From the NCBI GenBank assembly GCA_964540065.1, contig CAZIKY010000004.1, forward strand, positions 16,306 to 80,305: a stretch of 64,000 nt of DNA, written 5' to 3'. Source of the stretch: Candidatus Woesearchaeota archaeon. Its GTDB lineage: Archaea; Nanobdellota; Nanobdellia; Pacearchaeales; JAHJTO01. A model generated the notes under the pieces. It was not told the DNA's origin. It made no database searches and saw only the letters and a list, made by a program, of their open reading frames with translations. Of this stretch, positions 29,412 through 37,986 are shown piece by piece. Numbering within the stretch: position 1 is the first letter of the stretch; every line of letters starts with the position of its first letter. A program made the position numbers and the translations under genes.

Positions 29412-29549
29412 ATGAAAATGAGAAGAACACAGCAAATGCTGGAGATAAAGGAAGGAGAATGCCAGGAATGCGGCATGATCGGCCTTTTGATCACTCATGG
29501 GGGCACAGAAGTGTGCGAGCCGTGTGAGCAAGAGCTTTCTCTAGGGTAA
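29412..29549 (+). CDS. orphan mini zinc-ribbon ORF (45 aa) resembling the C-terminal tail of the CBS paralogs
   Basis: Translates to MKMRRTQQMLEIKEGECQECGMIGLLITHGGTEVCEPCEQELSLG. Compare the CBS-protein tails MIEMRKKKKALEMGEVWAKEGECQECGAYG...CEDC and MRRKSDALEGKTRWLDEGECEKCETFG...CEAC. Below the ORF-track size cutoff. Confidence 0.35.
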   Translation: MKMRRTQQMLEIKEGECQECGMIGLLITHGGTEVCEPCEQELSLG

Positions 29550-29573
29550 GAGAAAACTATCACGATCTTTTTA

Positions 29574-29633
29574 GACAGTGGTAGCTATGTCCGCGGTTCC
29601 TCTTTCTACTAGGCCATAGCTACCCATCCTGTC
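29574..29633 (+). terminator. GC-rich interrupted hairpin followed by oligo-T tract (terminator-like or small structured RNA)
   Basis: GACAG-TGGTAGCTATG-[25-nt loop]-CATAGCTACC-CATC-CTGTC followed by ATTTTTTATATTTTT. Sits between the mini zinc-ribbon ORF and the next gene. Confidence 0.35.
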
Positions 29634-29684
29634 ATTTTTTATATTTTTGAAAAAGTTTTAATATGGGTTCTGCTGCATCAAATT

Positions 29685-30086
29685 ATGGCTGGTGCTTCAA
29701 ATGGCTTGAAAGAGAAAGTCGATCTTCTTCTTGAGGGGTGCATGCCAGACACCGTCATGGGTCTCCAGTATATAGAATTAGATTTAGAAATCCCAAAAAA
29801 TGCCAAAATCCTCAAAATAGGAAGCCAACAATTCCCCCTCTATGCTAAAACTAGGGATTTTGATTCGATAGAATTAGAGAGATCATTAGGGTCTAAGGGT
29901 GGCTTTCCCTTGGAAGTCTTTGAACCGATGATCAATTGGGGATTTGATAATCCTCGATCTCTAATAACTCGCGATGGAAGGATATACCTTTCATCCGCTT
30001 ATTTTAAGGAAGGCTTTACTTGGTATCAGAAATTTATTCCGACAATATTAAAAGACTGCAAAGAAAGGTATTCGAGGGGTAGTTGA
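29685..30086 (+). CDS. hypothetical protein
   Basis: 133-aa ORF. Confidence 0.4.
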   Translation: MAGASNGLKEKVDLLLEGCMPDTVMGLQYIELDLEIPKNAKILKIGSQQFPLYAKTRDFDSIELERSLGSKGGFPLEVFEPMINWGFDNPRSLITRDGRIYLSSAYFKEGFTWYQKFIPTILKDCKERYSRGS

Positions 30087-30159
30087 TTTATATCTCATGG
30101 CCTTGATAAGATATTTAAATATGGTGTTCTTGGAAACAGTGTAAAAGAGTGATGATAAA

Positions 30160-30660
30160 ATGTCTGAAAAAAGCAAAGTAGCTGAAGAAAAGATCAAGTA
30201 TGACGGGATTTTTGATTTTAAGGAGACTTACAGCTTCATCTATACCATCCTTTCCGACTGGGAATACAGCATTGCTGAAAAAGAGTATTCTGAAAAAGCC
30301 AAGGGAGATTCCAAGGAAATAGAGATCAAATGGGAAGCGAGCAGGAAAGTTACCGATTATTTCAAGTATCAGATGAAGGTCGAATGGAGAATCCTGGGGA
30401 TGAAGGATGTTGAAGTCGTGAAAGACGGGAAGAAGTCCAAGAAAAACAGCGGAACTCTTGAGATAAAATTTGTTTCAGTATTGATTAAGGATTATCAGGA
30501 TAAATGGAGCGACACTCCTTTCCTTAAATTTTTAAGAGGAGTATATGACAAGTTTGTTATCTCTGATGCTATTGGTGAGCAGGAAGGAAAATTAGAGGGC
30601 GAGATGAGTGAAGCAGTCAATCAGACCAAGGCTTTCTTGGTATTAGAGTCAAGAAAGTGA
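30160..30660 (+). CDS. hypothetical protein
   Basis: 166-aa ORF, Lys/Glu-rich. Confidence 0.4.
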   Translation: MSEKSKVAEEKIKYDGIFDFKETYSFIYTILSDWEYSIAEKEYSEKAKGDSKEIEIKWEASRKVTDYFKYQMKVEWRILGMKDVEVVKDGKKSKKNSGTLEIKFVSVLIKDYQDKWSDTPFLKFLRGVYDKFVISDAIGEQEGKLEGEMSEAVNQTKAFLVLESRK

Positions 30661-30769
30661 TTGCCGACGGTGCAAAAGAATAAAACGTTAGGTTTAAATA
30701 TATCGTTAGGCGGATATTAAATAAATCAGGATAAATCGATTAAAATTGATAAAAGGGGTTAAATTGAGG

Positions 30770-32182
30770 ATGAAAAGTTTGAAGTTTTTTGCTTTGGCAA
30801 TCTTGCCTGTGCTATTATTATCTATTCCATCTGTTCTTGCTGAAACCGGATTAAGCGTTACTCCTATCAAAAGTTTTGTTTTCAAAGAATTGGAAGCTCC
30901 TGCAACTTATGAGCTTACAGTCAAAAACGGCGAAAATTTTGAAGATAATTTTTACATAGATACCCTATTGGATATAGAAATTTCCCCTAAAAGTTTAGGA
31001 TCAGTTGCTGCCGGCGGAACAAAAAGATTTACTATTTCTGTCAATCCAAGCCAAGACTTGAAGAGCAAGCAGGCTGGAAAGAATTTTGCATTTGAATACT
31101 TTGTAAGGGGTGATAGATCTAAGCTGGCCAAAGACAGCATTACTGTCGGAATATTCTCTTTCCCAGATGCCTTGGAAATAACTTTCCCCCCTTCAATAGA
31201 TCCTGAGCAGAAAGAAGTAACTGTAGGATTGAGATTCAGGCATGACATAACATTAAGCGCAAATGTTAAGGCAACTTCTGAGCTTCTTTCAGATACTTTC
31301 TCTGTTAAAGATCTCAGCATAGAGAAGCAGGAAGCGGTTTTGACACTCAATGATCTGAAGGGCAAGAATGCCGGAGTCTATAAAATAACTTTTGAGTTTG
31401 AGATAGATGGCGAGAAAGTAATTGCAGAGAAAGACATGGTTCTAAGCCCAGTAGTTACAGTAAAAACGGATGAAGAGACTACTGGAGGAATACTTTCAAG
31501 CGAGACAAAAGTCACTAAGACAAATAATGGGAATAGCGCTACGGATGTATCTATCCTGCTTAATCGATCGGTAGTTTCAAGCCTTTTCACCACATTCAGT
31601 GATGCTCCTAAAACAAGGAAAGATGGAAGATTTTATCTTTATGAATGGGAAAAGGAGCTTAATCCTGGAGAAAGCTACACTGTAAGCCTTAAGACCAATT
31701 ATTACGTTCCGTTCTTGGTATTTTTATTGTTGCTTCTTGCTCTTGTAGTTTTCAAGATAGTTACAAAGTCTCCTGTAGAGATAACTAAGAAAGTAGCAAG
31801 AGTAAGGACAAAATCCGGGGCTTTTGCAGCCAAGATAATAATTTCCGCCAAGAACACAGGTAAGCCAGTGAGCAATGTCAAGATAATTGACAGACTTCCA
31901 GCTTTCACAGAAATACTTTCAAATAAGTTCAGCGTGCTTACACCTTCTGAAATAAAGAAGAGGTCTGTTGTCTGGAGCATCCCTCAGATGTCCACAGGCG
32001 AGGAAATAATGTTCTCATATATCGTCTACAGCAAAGTAAACATCTTCGGAAGGCTTGAAGTGCCTCCTGCAGTTGTGACTTTCATAGACAGCAAGGACAA
32101 TTTCCTTGAATCCCAGAGCGATAAGATTTACATAATCTCTGAGGAAGAAAAGAAAGAAGAGGATCTTAATCCTCCTTTGTAA
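30770..32182 (+). CDS. secreted, C-terminally membrane-anchored cell-surface protein (unknown)
   Basis: N-terminal signal peptide (MKSLKFFALAILPVLLLSIPSVLA) and a TM helix near residue 320 (VPFLVFLLLLLALVVF). The ATG is at 30770; the ORF track uses an upstream TTG at 30746. Confidence 0.5.
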   Translation: MKSLKFFALAILPVLLLSIPSVLAETGLSVTPIKSFVFKELEAPATYELTVKNGENFEDNFYIDTLLDIEISPKSLGSVAAGGTKRFTISVNPSQDLKSKQAGKNFAFEYFVRGDRSKLAKDSITVGIFSFPDALEITFPPSIDPEQKEVTVGLRFRHDITLSANVKATSELLSDTFSVKDLSIEKQEAVLTLNDLKGKNAGVYKITFEFEIDGEKVIAEKDMVLSPVVTVKTDEETTGGILSSETKVTKTNNGNSATDVSILLNRSVVSSLFTTFSDAPKTRKDGRFYLYEWEKELNPGESYTVSLKTNYYVPFLVFLLLLLALVVFKIVTKSPVEITKKVARVRTKSGAFAAKIIISAKNTGKPVSNVKIIDRLPAFTEILSNKFSVLTPSEIKKRSVVWSIPQMSTGEEIMFSYIVYSKVNIFGRLEVPPAVVTFIDSKDNFLESQSDKIYIISEEEKKEEDLNPPL

Positions 32183-32280
32183 TTCGGTAAGCAAGTCAGC
32201 AAATTTCTTATCTCTCGTCGATAAAGACTGAAATCTCTCCAGGAAAGGTATTTAAACGATTTTTCTGTTACTTTCTAATC

Positions 32281-32413
32281 CCCTGTGTAGCTCAATGGTG
32301 GAGCTCTCGGCTGTAGCTCAAGCGTTAAGTTGACGTTCCTTTCAGGACGAGAATGATACTTAATCAGCCGAATGGAACCCGAGTGGTTGGCGGTTCGAGT
32401 CCGCCCGCAGGGA
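32281..32413 (+). tRNA. intron-containing tRNA, likely tRNA-Tyr (anticodon GTA) with ~61-nt intron at canonical 37/38
   Basis: Acceptor stem CCCTGTG/CGCAGGG with discriminator A. D-arm GCTC-AATGGTG-GAGC. Anticodon stem 5' half CTCGG plus loop CTGTAG are interrupted by about 61 nt (32317-32377) before the 3' half CCGAG. T-arm GGCGG-TTCGAGT-CCGCC. Confidence 0.7.
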
Positions 32414-32431
32414 TATTTTATTTAATTTAAA

Positions 32432-32731
32432 ATGGGTAAGATCTACTCTCTAGCTGAAACAAATGTGACAGCGGCTAGAAATCAAAATGATCAAAGAGAA
32501 TATCTCCCCGGTGATCCAGCGGTCTATATGGGGAGCAAGTTGGGAAAGGTTCTTGATGTTGGCCCTTTCTATGATTATGACGCACTTGTCGGATTAAAAA
32601 AGCCTTATGCTCTTGTGAGGTTTATTAATCATATTGATCGATGCATTAAAATTACCGATCAAAAACTGAGGCCTGCCAGGCCCAATGAAAGAGCAAATAT
32701 TGAAAAACGCCTGCTGGAGAGGGGAATATAA
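32432..32731 (+). CDS. hypothetical protein
   Basis: 99-aa ORF immediately after the tRNA. Confidence 0.4.
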   Translation: MGKIYSLAETNVTAARNQNDQREYLPGDPAVYMGSKLGKVLDVGPFYDYDALVGLKKPYALVRFINHIDRCIKITDQKLRPARPNERANIEKRLLERGI

Positions 32732-32883
32732 TGGGTGCAATTAGAAAGCTTTTATGCAAATTCGGATTTCATAAATGGAGCAGGGAGAAGAAGCTTATCC
32801 AGATGAGCTCCAATGTTATTGATCATTCCCAATACTGCACTGTCTGCATGAAGCAGAAAAGATGGACTACTCCTAGAGACTAA
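32731..32883 (+). CDS. small Cys/His-containing ORF (50 aa), possibly zinc-binding
   Basis: Translates to MGAIRKLLCKFGFHKWSREKKLIQMSSNVIDHSQYCTVCMKQKRWTTPRD. The TAATG overlap with the preceding stop suggests translational coupling. Below the ORF-track cutoff. Confidence 0.25.
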   Translation: MGAIRKLLCKFGFHKWSREKKLIQMSSNVIDHSQYCTVCMKQKRWTTPRD

Positions 32884-32904
32884 TGATTCCGATTTAACTA
32901 AGAA

Positions 32905-33942
32905 TTATCTGTAATGGATCATCGTTTTTACTTCTACAAGCCATTTCATTAATGCAGGGATTAATCCTGTGAAGGCGAAATTGCCGTAAGTCATTATTCC
33001 GTTATATTTTCCAAGGCTTATTACCATCAATCTTTTTCCAGGCCAGTATTTTTTAAGCGGTTTTCCTTTCTCTAAATTCTTTATGTTCTTGATGATAATC
33101 ATTGCGTGATGCTCCGAGCTATGGGCAGTTTTTTCCTCATCCACGCTTGTTACGTCCCCTGCTGCAAAAATATTTGGATAATCTTTAAGCTGAAGGAATT
33201 CATTTACAATTGCCTGGCCCCTTTCGTTGACTGCCTCCGGGATTCCTTCTTTAAGGGCTTCTCCATTGCTTATAATTCCGGTACAGCTGAATGCAAGATC
33301 TGCGTGGATCTCATTCCCTTTGTTTGTCGTGAATGTTTTTCCGTTCTTCTTTTCGACACGCTCGTTGAAAATTATTTTAACGCCTTTTTTTGTCAGAAAT
33401 TTCTCGGCGTACTTTGAAGCCTTTAATGAGCTTCTTTCCATGAGCCTTTCTTTTGAGTGGATTAATGTGACTTCTTTTTGAGGGTATTTTGTTATTATTT
33501 CCGCGGCAAGCTCAACTCCAACTATTCCGCCGCCGATAAGGAGCACTTTCGAAGCTTCTTCCAGGTCCTTGTGCTTTTGGACGAGCTCTCTGACTCTTAA
33601 TGGGAGGACCATTCCTTCCTCTTTGAATATTTCTTTGTACCTAGATCCCGTTGCGATTACAAGATACTTGTAAGGGACGTTAACCCCTTCTACTACGATC
33701 CACTTAGGAGTTATTTTTGTGACTTCTGAAGAAAGGAATTTGGCTTTCTTAAGGTACTTTTTGTGCAGAACCTGTATCTTTTCTGCATGCTTCGGGTCGA
33801 TTATTGTTCTAAGCACCGAAGGGGTAAATTCGAAATATTCTTTGTTGTCAATTAAGACAACATTGAAATCTTTTTCAAGGTGCCTTGCGATATACGCTCC
33901 GGAGAAGCCTCCGCCTACTATGATCACCCTCTTTTTATCCAT
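32905..33942 (-). CDS. FAD-dependent pyridine nucleotide-disulfide oxidoreductase (type II NADH dehydrogenase / AIF-like)
   Basis: 345 aa. An N-terminal FAD-binding GxGxxG (RVIIVGGGFSGAYIA) and a second NAD(P)-binding Rossmann motif (VLLIGGGIVGVELAAE) are present. There is no CxxxxC redox disulfide, so it is not lipoamide dehydrogenase. Confidence 0.75.
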   Translation of the reverse strand: MDKKRVIIVGGGFSGAYIARHLEKDFNVVLIDNKEYFEFTPSVLRTIIDPKHAEKIQVLHKKYLKKAKFLSSEVTKITPKWIVVEGVNVPYKYLVIATGSRYKEIFKEEGMVLPLRVRELVQKHKDLEEASKVLLIGGGIVGVELAAEIITKYPQKEVTLIHSKERLMERSSLKASKYAEKFLTKKGVKIIFNERVEKKNGKTFTTNKGNEIHADLAFSCTGIISNGEALKEGIPEAVNERGQAIVNEFLQLKDYPNIFAAGDVTSVDEEKTAHSSEHHAMIIIKNIKNLEKGKPLKKYWPGKRLMVISLGKYNGIMTYGNFAFTGLIPALMKWLVEVKTMIHYR

Positions 33943-34048
33943 GCAGATTTAAAGATTAAGGCCATTAAAAACATTTCTTATATCTTTAGACTATCGGGAA
34001 TAGCCCTCAATAAGTTTATATATCGAAAAACTGAAGCTTTATTGTAAA

Positions 34049-34936
34049 ATGACCCTTATTGATAGTTTAAAGAAGGTGACCTTCAAGCAGCTTTTGTGGG
34101 CATCCTTGGCATCTGTTTTAGTTCTTCTTTTTTTGTTCCTAAATCTTAATTCTATTGAAGCCTTTCTGGGAGTATCTGATGGGTCTTCAAGCATAGCATG
34201 GATCGCTTCAATGATCAGCGTCTTCCTTGTGAGCTTTGTTTCGCTTGTAGGGATTATTACTCTTGGACTCAATCTAGACTTTCTTAAGAAGATCATTATC
34301 TTTTTGGTAAGCCTGGCTGCCGGAACTTTGTTGGGAGATGTTATGATACATCTTCTTCCGGAGATTGTTGAAGAATCAGGGTTTGGATTGACCATCTCTT
34401 TGTATATCCTTCTTGGAATAATCGTCTTCTTTATTTTGGAGAAATTCATACATTGGCAGCATTGCCATCTACCCCAAGATAAGAAACATGTGCATAGCTT
34501 TGCTTGGGTTAATTTGTTCGGAGACAGTTTGCATAACTTTATAGACGGCCTGATAATCGGAGGAAGCTATTTAGTAAGCCTTCCTGTGGGTATTGCGACA
34601 ACAATCGCCGTAATAGTCCACGAAATACCTCAAGAGATAGGGGATTTCGGAGTTCTGATACATGGAGGATTTACCAAAGGAAAGGCCTTGGTTTTCAATT
34701 TCTTAACTGCGCTTACTGCAGTTCTTGGAACAATACTTGCCTTGGTTCTTGGATCTATTATCGAAGGGTTCTCAACTTTCATAATCCCGTTCACTGTCGG
34801 AGGTTTCATCTATATTGCGGTAGCAGACCTTATCCCAGAGCTGCATAAAGAAACTGATCCGAGGAAATCTTTGCTTCAGACTTTAGGAATTTTGATAGGA
34901 ATAGGAATAATGATCCTTCTTACGCTTCTTGAGTAG
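34049..34936 (+). CDS. ZIP family metal (zinc/iron) transporter
   Basis: 295-aa polytopic membrane protein with the ZIP signature HEIPQEIGDFGVLI and a His-rich loop. Confidence 0.8.
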   Translation: MTLIDSLKKVTFKQLLWASLASVLVLLFLFLNLNSIEAFLGVSDGSSSIAWIASMISVFLVSFVSLVGIITLGLNLDFLKKIIIFLVSLAAGTLLGDVMIHLLPEIVEESGFGLTISLYILLGIIVFFILEKFIHWQHCHLPQDKKHVHSFAWVNLFGDSLHNFIDGLIIGGSYLVSLPVGIATTIAVIVHEIPQEIGDFGVLIHGGFTKGKALVFNFLTALTAVLGTILALVLGSIIEGFSTFIIPFTVGGFIYIAVADLIPELHKETDPRKSLLQTLGILIGIGIMILLTLLE

Positions 34937-35348
34937 AAAGGCCGGAAGATTTTTTCTTATATTTTCCTGGAAAAGCCTCTTCCCTTATTGCTCTTCTTAA
35001 TTTTTGAATATTCTTTTCAGTCAATTCGTTGCTTTTCTCTTCCTCTGGAGAAAGCCTTTGTCCGGAGATGAAGTCCGGATTCTTATAGCCCTTAATGCCT
35101 TCGACCACCTTTGTAACTAGGTCTGAAGGGACTCGAACATGGTGATAGCTTCTCCAGTCGGAGCTTACAGAGTGGATTACCTGTTTTGTCGTGGGATAAA
35201 CTGCTTTTCCCGGCCTTAGGCTTATCCTTTCTGGAACCGGGCCGGAGACATAAATCTCTTCAGCAGGCTCTTTAGTTCCAACTCCTGGAATCATTTTTTT
35301 GACTTTGAATTCCCTGTAATAAACCTCTACTTTATCTTTTTCTCCCAT
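34920..35348 (-). CDS. hypothetical protein
   Basis: 142-aa ORF ending 0 nt from the GDPD gene start (possibly co-transcribed). Confidence 0.4.
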   Translation of the reverse strand: MGEKDKVEVYYREFKVKKMIPGVGTKEPAEEIYVSGPVPERISLRPGKAVYPTTKQVIHSVSSDWRSYHHVRVPSDLVTKVVEGIKGYKNPDFISGQRLSPEEEKSNELTEKNIQKLRRAIREEAFPGKYKKKSSGLSTQEA

Positions 35349-36022
35349 TATTTTCCCTCATTCTTTTTGAGAAGGCTGTTTGATGCTATCGCATCAACTC
35401 CTAGGTTATCCATCTTCTTGGCTATAAAAGGATTTTCGATAGTCCATGCCAATATTTTAATTCCGCGTTTATGGGCGGTTTCAACCATCTCTTTGTCTAT
35501 CAAAGTGTTAAGGGGAATTATCCAATCTGCCTTAACCCCCAAGGCTATTGGAAAGGGCCTTGGAGTCATCTTTGAAAAAATAAAACCTGTTTTGACGGTT
35601 TCAGGCTTGAAAAGCTGCTTTACTTTGTTTATTGCCGAAGAGTTAAATGAGACTATCATAACTTGCTTTGCAATTCCATTCTTCTTTACAAGATCAACTA
35701 TCTCTTTTTCGGTTCCGGGCTCTTTTATTTCTATGAGCATGAGCTGCTTTGGATGTTTTTTCTTGAGATCAATGACTTCCTGGAGCGTAGGTATTTTGTA
35801 TTTTGCTAATTGCTTTGCAGTAAGTTCATTTACTTGTTTAAGATCAGTCTTTCCACTCACTCTTTTGACATCAGCATCATGTATGACGACAAGTTTTTTG
35901 TCTTTGCTCATGCGGACATCGCATTCGAAGCCGTCTGCTCCGAGATCTAATGCTTTTTGAAAGGATTCTATAGTGTTTTCGGGGGCAAAAGCTGATGCTC
36001 CTCTGTGTCCTATGATAAGCAT
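35348..36022 (-). CDS. glycerophosphodiester phosphodiesterase (GDPD family)
   Basis: N-terminus MLIIGHRGASAFAPENTIESF...ECDVRMSKDKKLVVIHD matches the GDPD HR(G)...E.D...H motif. Confidence 0.85.
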   Translation of the reverse strand: MLIIGHRGASAFAPENTIESFQKALDLGADGFECDVRMSKDKKLVVIHDADVKRVSGKTDLKQVNELTAKQLAKYKIPTLQEVIDLKKKHPKQLMLIEIKEPGTEKEIVDLVKKNGIAKQVMIVSFNSSAINKVKQLFKPETVKTGFIFSKMTPRPFPIALGVKADWIIPLNTLIDKEMVETAHKRGIKILAWTIENPFIAKKMDNLGVDAIASNSLLKKNEGK

Positions 36023-36062
36023 ATGGAAATAAGAAAGTTTTTGCTTAAATATCTATTGAAGT

Positions 36063-36314
36063 TTATTGAAGGCCGATCTGCCTGAATGCGCCGGTTTTGC
36101 CCTCAATTTCAACTTCTTTTATGTTAGAGGTCTTGCCTTTCCTGATGTTTATTTGGCTCTTATTTACATGGAAATATTCTGACAATGCTTCGATCAAAGC
36201 TTCATTTGCCTTCCCCTTGATGGGCTTGGCCTTAAGCTTTACCTTTAGGAATTCTGCTTCCTGAGAAATTTCCTCTTTTTTCGCCCCGGCAATTACTTTG
36301 ACTTTTATTTTCAT
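36063..36314 (-). CDS. DUF167 (YggU/UPF0235) family protein
   Basis: 83 aa with KPIKGKANEALIEALSEYFHVNKSQINIRKGKTSNIKEVEI. Confidence 0.65.
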   Translation of the reverse strand: MKIKVKVIAGAKKEEISQEAEFLKVKLKAKPIKGKANEALIEALSEYFHVNKSQINIRKGKTSNIKEVEIEGKTGAFRQIGLQ

Positions 36315-36315
36315 T

Positions 36316-36639
36316 TTATCTCCATGTTAATTTATTTCCGACTTTTATCCTTCCAAGAATCTCGCTATTGGAAGGTATCTCAAGGACGTATCTTGCCCTG
36401 CCCGAGGCAAATGATGCGAAGGGATACATTGTCTTGACTTGTCTGACTTTCTTTTTGGAGTCAAGCCATACAACAACTAAAGGGAAAAATACGAAAAGCA
36501 TGTGGATGCCAACATGCCTTTCTTTATCAAAGATGAAAAGCTTTCCCTTGTCTCCTTTGGGCTGGAACATAAAGCCCAAAGCCTGTTTGAGCTTGGAATT
36601 TATCGCTTCTGTCTTGATGTTCAATGGTTTAATTATCAC
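36316..36639 (-). CDS. DUF192 family protein candidate
   Basis: 107 aa; GFMF...GIHMLFV motif pattern. Confidence 0.5.
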   Translation of the reverse strand: MIIKPLNIKTEAINSKLKQALGFMFQPKGDKGKLFIFDKERHVGIHMLFVFFPLVVVWLDSKKKVRQVKTMYPFASFASGRARYVLEIPSNSEILGRIKVGNKLTWR

Positions 36640-36720
36640 CTTATGCCTCTTTAATATATTCCTTGATATTCAACAATCTTTATAAAACATTTTGTTTAGG
36701 ATCAAGTAAAAAGGGGCAAG

Positions 36721-37977
36721 ATGTATTCCTTAAGTTCTGAAGACAAGCAGTTGGCTGAAAAAGTTCTTTATATGAGGAAAGAGGAGTCCAGCTCTGAACG
36801 CGAGATAAGAAGGGAGCTTGGAATAAGCGAAGTAAGGCATGCCAAGATAATGAAATATTTACTTAACTCTGGGCAGTTAAGCCGGAAGGAGAATGCCGAG
36901 ATAATTGCCCACAATGTTATTCTTGGGGATGCTTATACTCTTGAGAGGATTTATGCTGCGAGGAAAATCCATCGCTGTTCGGTTGATGCTGTCTGTATGG
37001 GATTGGGGATTTCCTACAGGACGTATCAGGACAGGATAGTCCATCTAGTTAGATATGGACTTATGACCCGAAAGGAAAATGATGAAATAAACTTAGAGAA
37101 TAAAGTCATAGATCGGATGGATTTCCTTGAGAAGGTCTATGCCGCTAAAGTCTCTGAAAGAATGACCAACAAAGATGCCATGAAAACCTTGGGCATCTCT
37201 ACAGCCAAGTATGATCGGGCTGTAAAAGATTTGATAAGATGGGGGTTTGTGAGCAAGGAAGAAATTGCTTCAATAAACCGGGAAAGCCATGCTTCCAGAT
37301 ACAGCAAGATGAAGGAGAGGCTTGGTGAAGAAAAAGCTGCCGAAATTTACCGGAATGGATGGAGAAAGGGGTATGGCAAAAATACTGCAGAGAATGCCGT
37401 CAAAGGAGGGCTTGCAGTCCAGAAAAAGGCAGCCCATGTAATTTCAAATCTTGACAAGGGCACAAGGTACGGCGCAGGGGCATATCGTTTTAGAAAGGCA
37501 TGGTTTGATTCCATTGGGGAAAGAAGGTTGGCCGCTTTACTTTATCATTTGGGGGTTCTTGGAGAACCGGTAGAAGGAAGGAATGTTCAAGTTGCTGCCT
37601 TGCCTTTGAACAAAAAGGCAAGACTTGATATGCTTGTTGAATTTGGGGGGAGAAAGATAGATGTTGAATGGCATCCGATTCCCCGGGAGAGACTTCTTTT
37701 CAAACACAGTGCACAGTCTTATTATGCTGGGAGAAAAGCTATGCTTGAGGAAAATGGCTTTGAAGGAGACCTCTTGGTCTTAACCAGGTGGGGAGAGGTG
37801 TATCCTAAATTGAGGCAGCTTGGAATAGTTTCAAGCTTTGGGCAGTATCACGAAGCCCTGATCAAGACCGATAAGGAGATCGGATCCAGGAGAAATAAAT
37901 GGGCTAAGAAATCTTTTTCCCCGCAAACTGCCGAAAACAACGGATTGGAAAAAGTCCTTGATGAAATTCCTTTCTGA
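36721..37977 (+). CDS. uncharacterized protein with three tandem ~45-aa HTH-like repeats and a C-terminal domain of unknown (possibly nuclease-like) function
   Basis: Three repeats: ELGISEVRHAKIMKYLLNSGQLSRKENAEI, GLGISYRTYQDRIVHLVRYGLMTRKENDEI and TLGISTAKYDRAVKDLIRWGFVSKEEIASI. The C-terminal half contains LDMLVEFGGRKIDVEWHP. Confidence 0.5.
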   Translation: MYSLSSEDKQLAEKVLYMRKEESSSEREIRRELGISEVRHAKIMKYLLNSGQLSRKENAEIIAHNVILGDAYTLERIYAARKIHRCSVDAVCMGLGISYRTYQDRIVHLVRYGLMTRKENDEINLENKVIDRMDFLEKVYAAKVSERMTNKDAMKTLGISTAKYDRAVKDLIRWGFVSKEEIASINRESHASRYSKMKERLGEEKAAEIYRNGWRKGYGKNTAENAVKGGLAVQKKAAHVISNLDKGTRYGAGAYRFRKAWFDSIGERRLAALLYHLGVLGEPVEGRNVQVAALPLNKKARLDMLVEFGGRKIDVEWHPIPRERLLFKHSAQSYYAGRKAMLEENGFEGDLLVLTRWGEVYPKLRQLGIVSSFGQYHEALIKTDKEIGSRRNKWAKKSFSPQTAENNGLEKVLDEIPF

Positions 37978-37986
37978 TCATTTCCT

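Noticed and set aside
32905-33942. Possible missing E3 (lipoamide dehydrogenase) of the PDH complex
   Set aside because: The protein has FAD and NAD Rossmann motifs but no CxxxxC redox-active disulfide near the N-terminus and is only 345 aa. It fits NDH-2/AIF-like oxidoreductases better, so it is not called E3.
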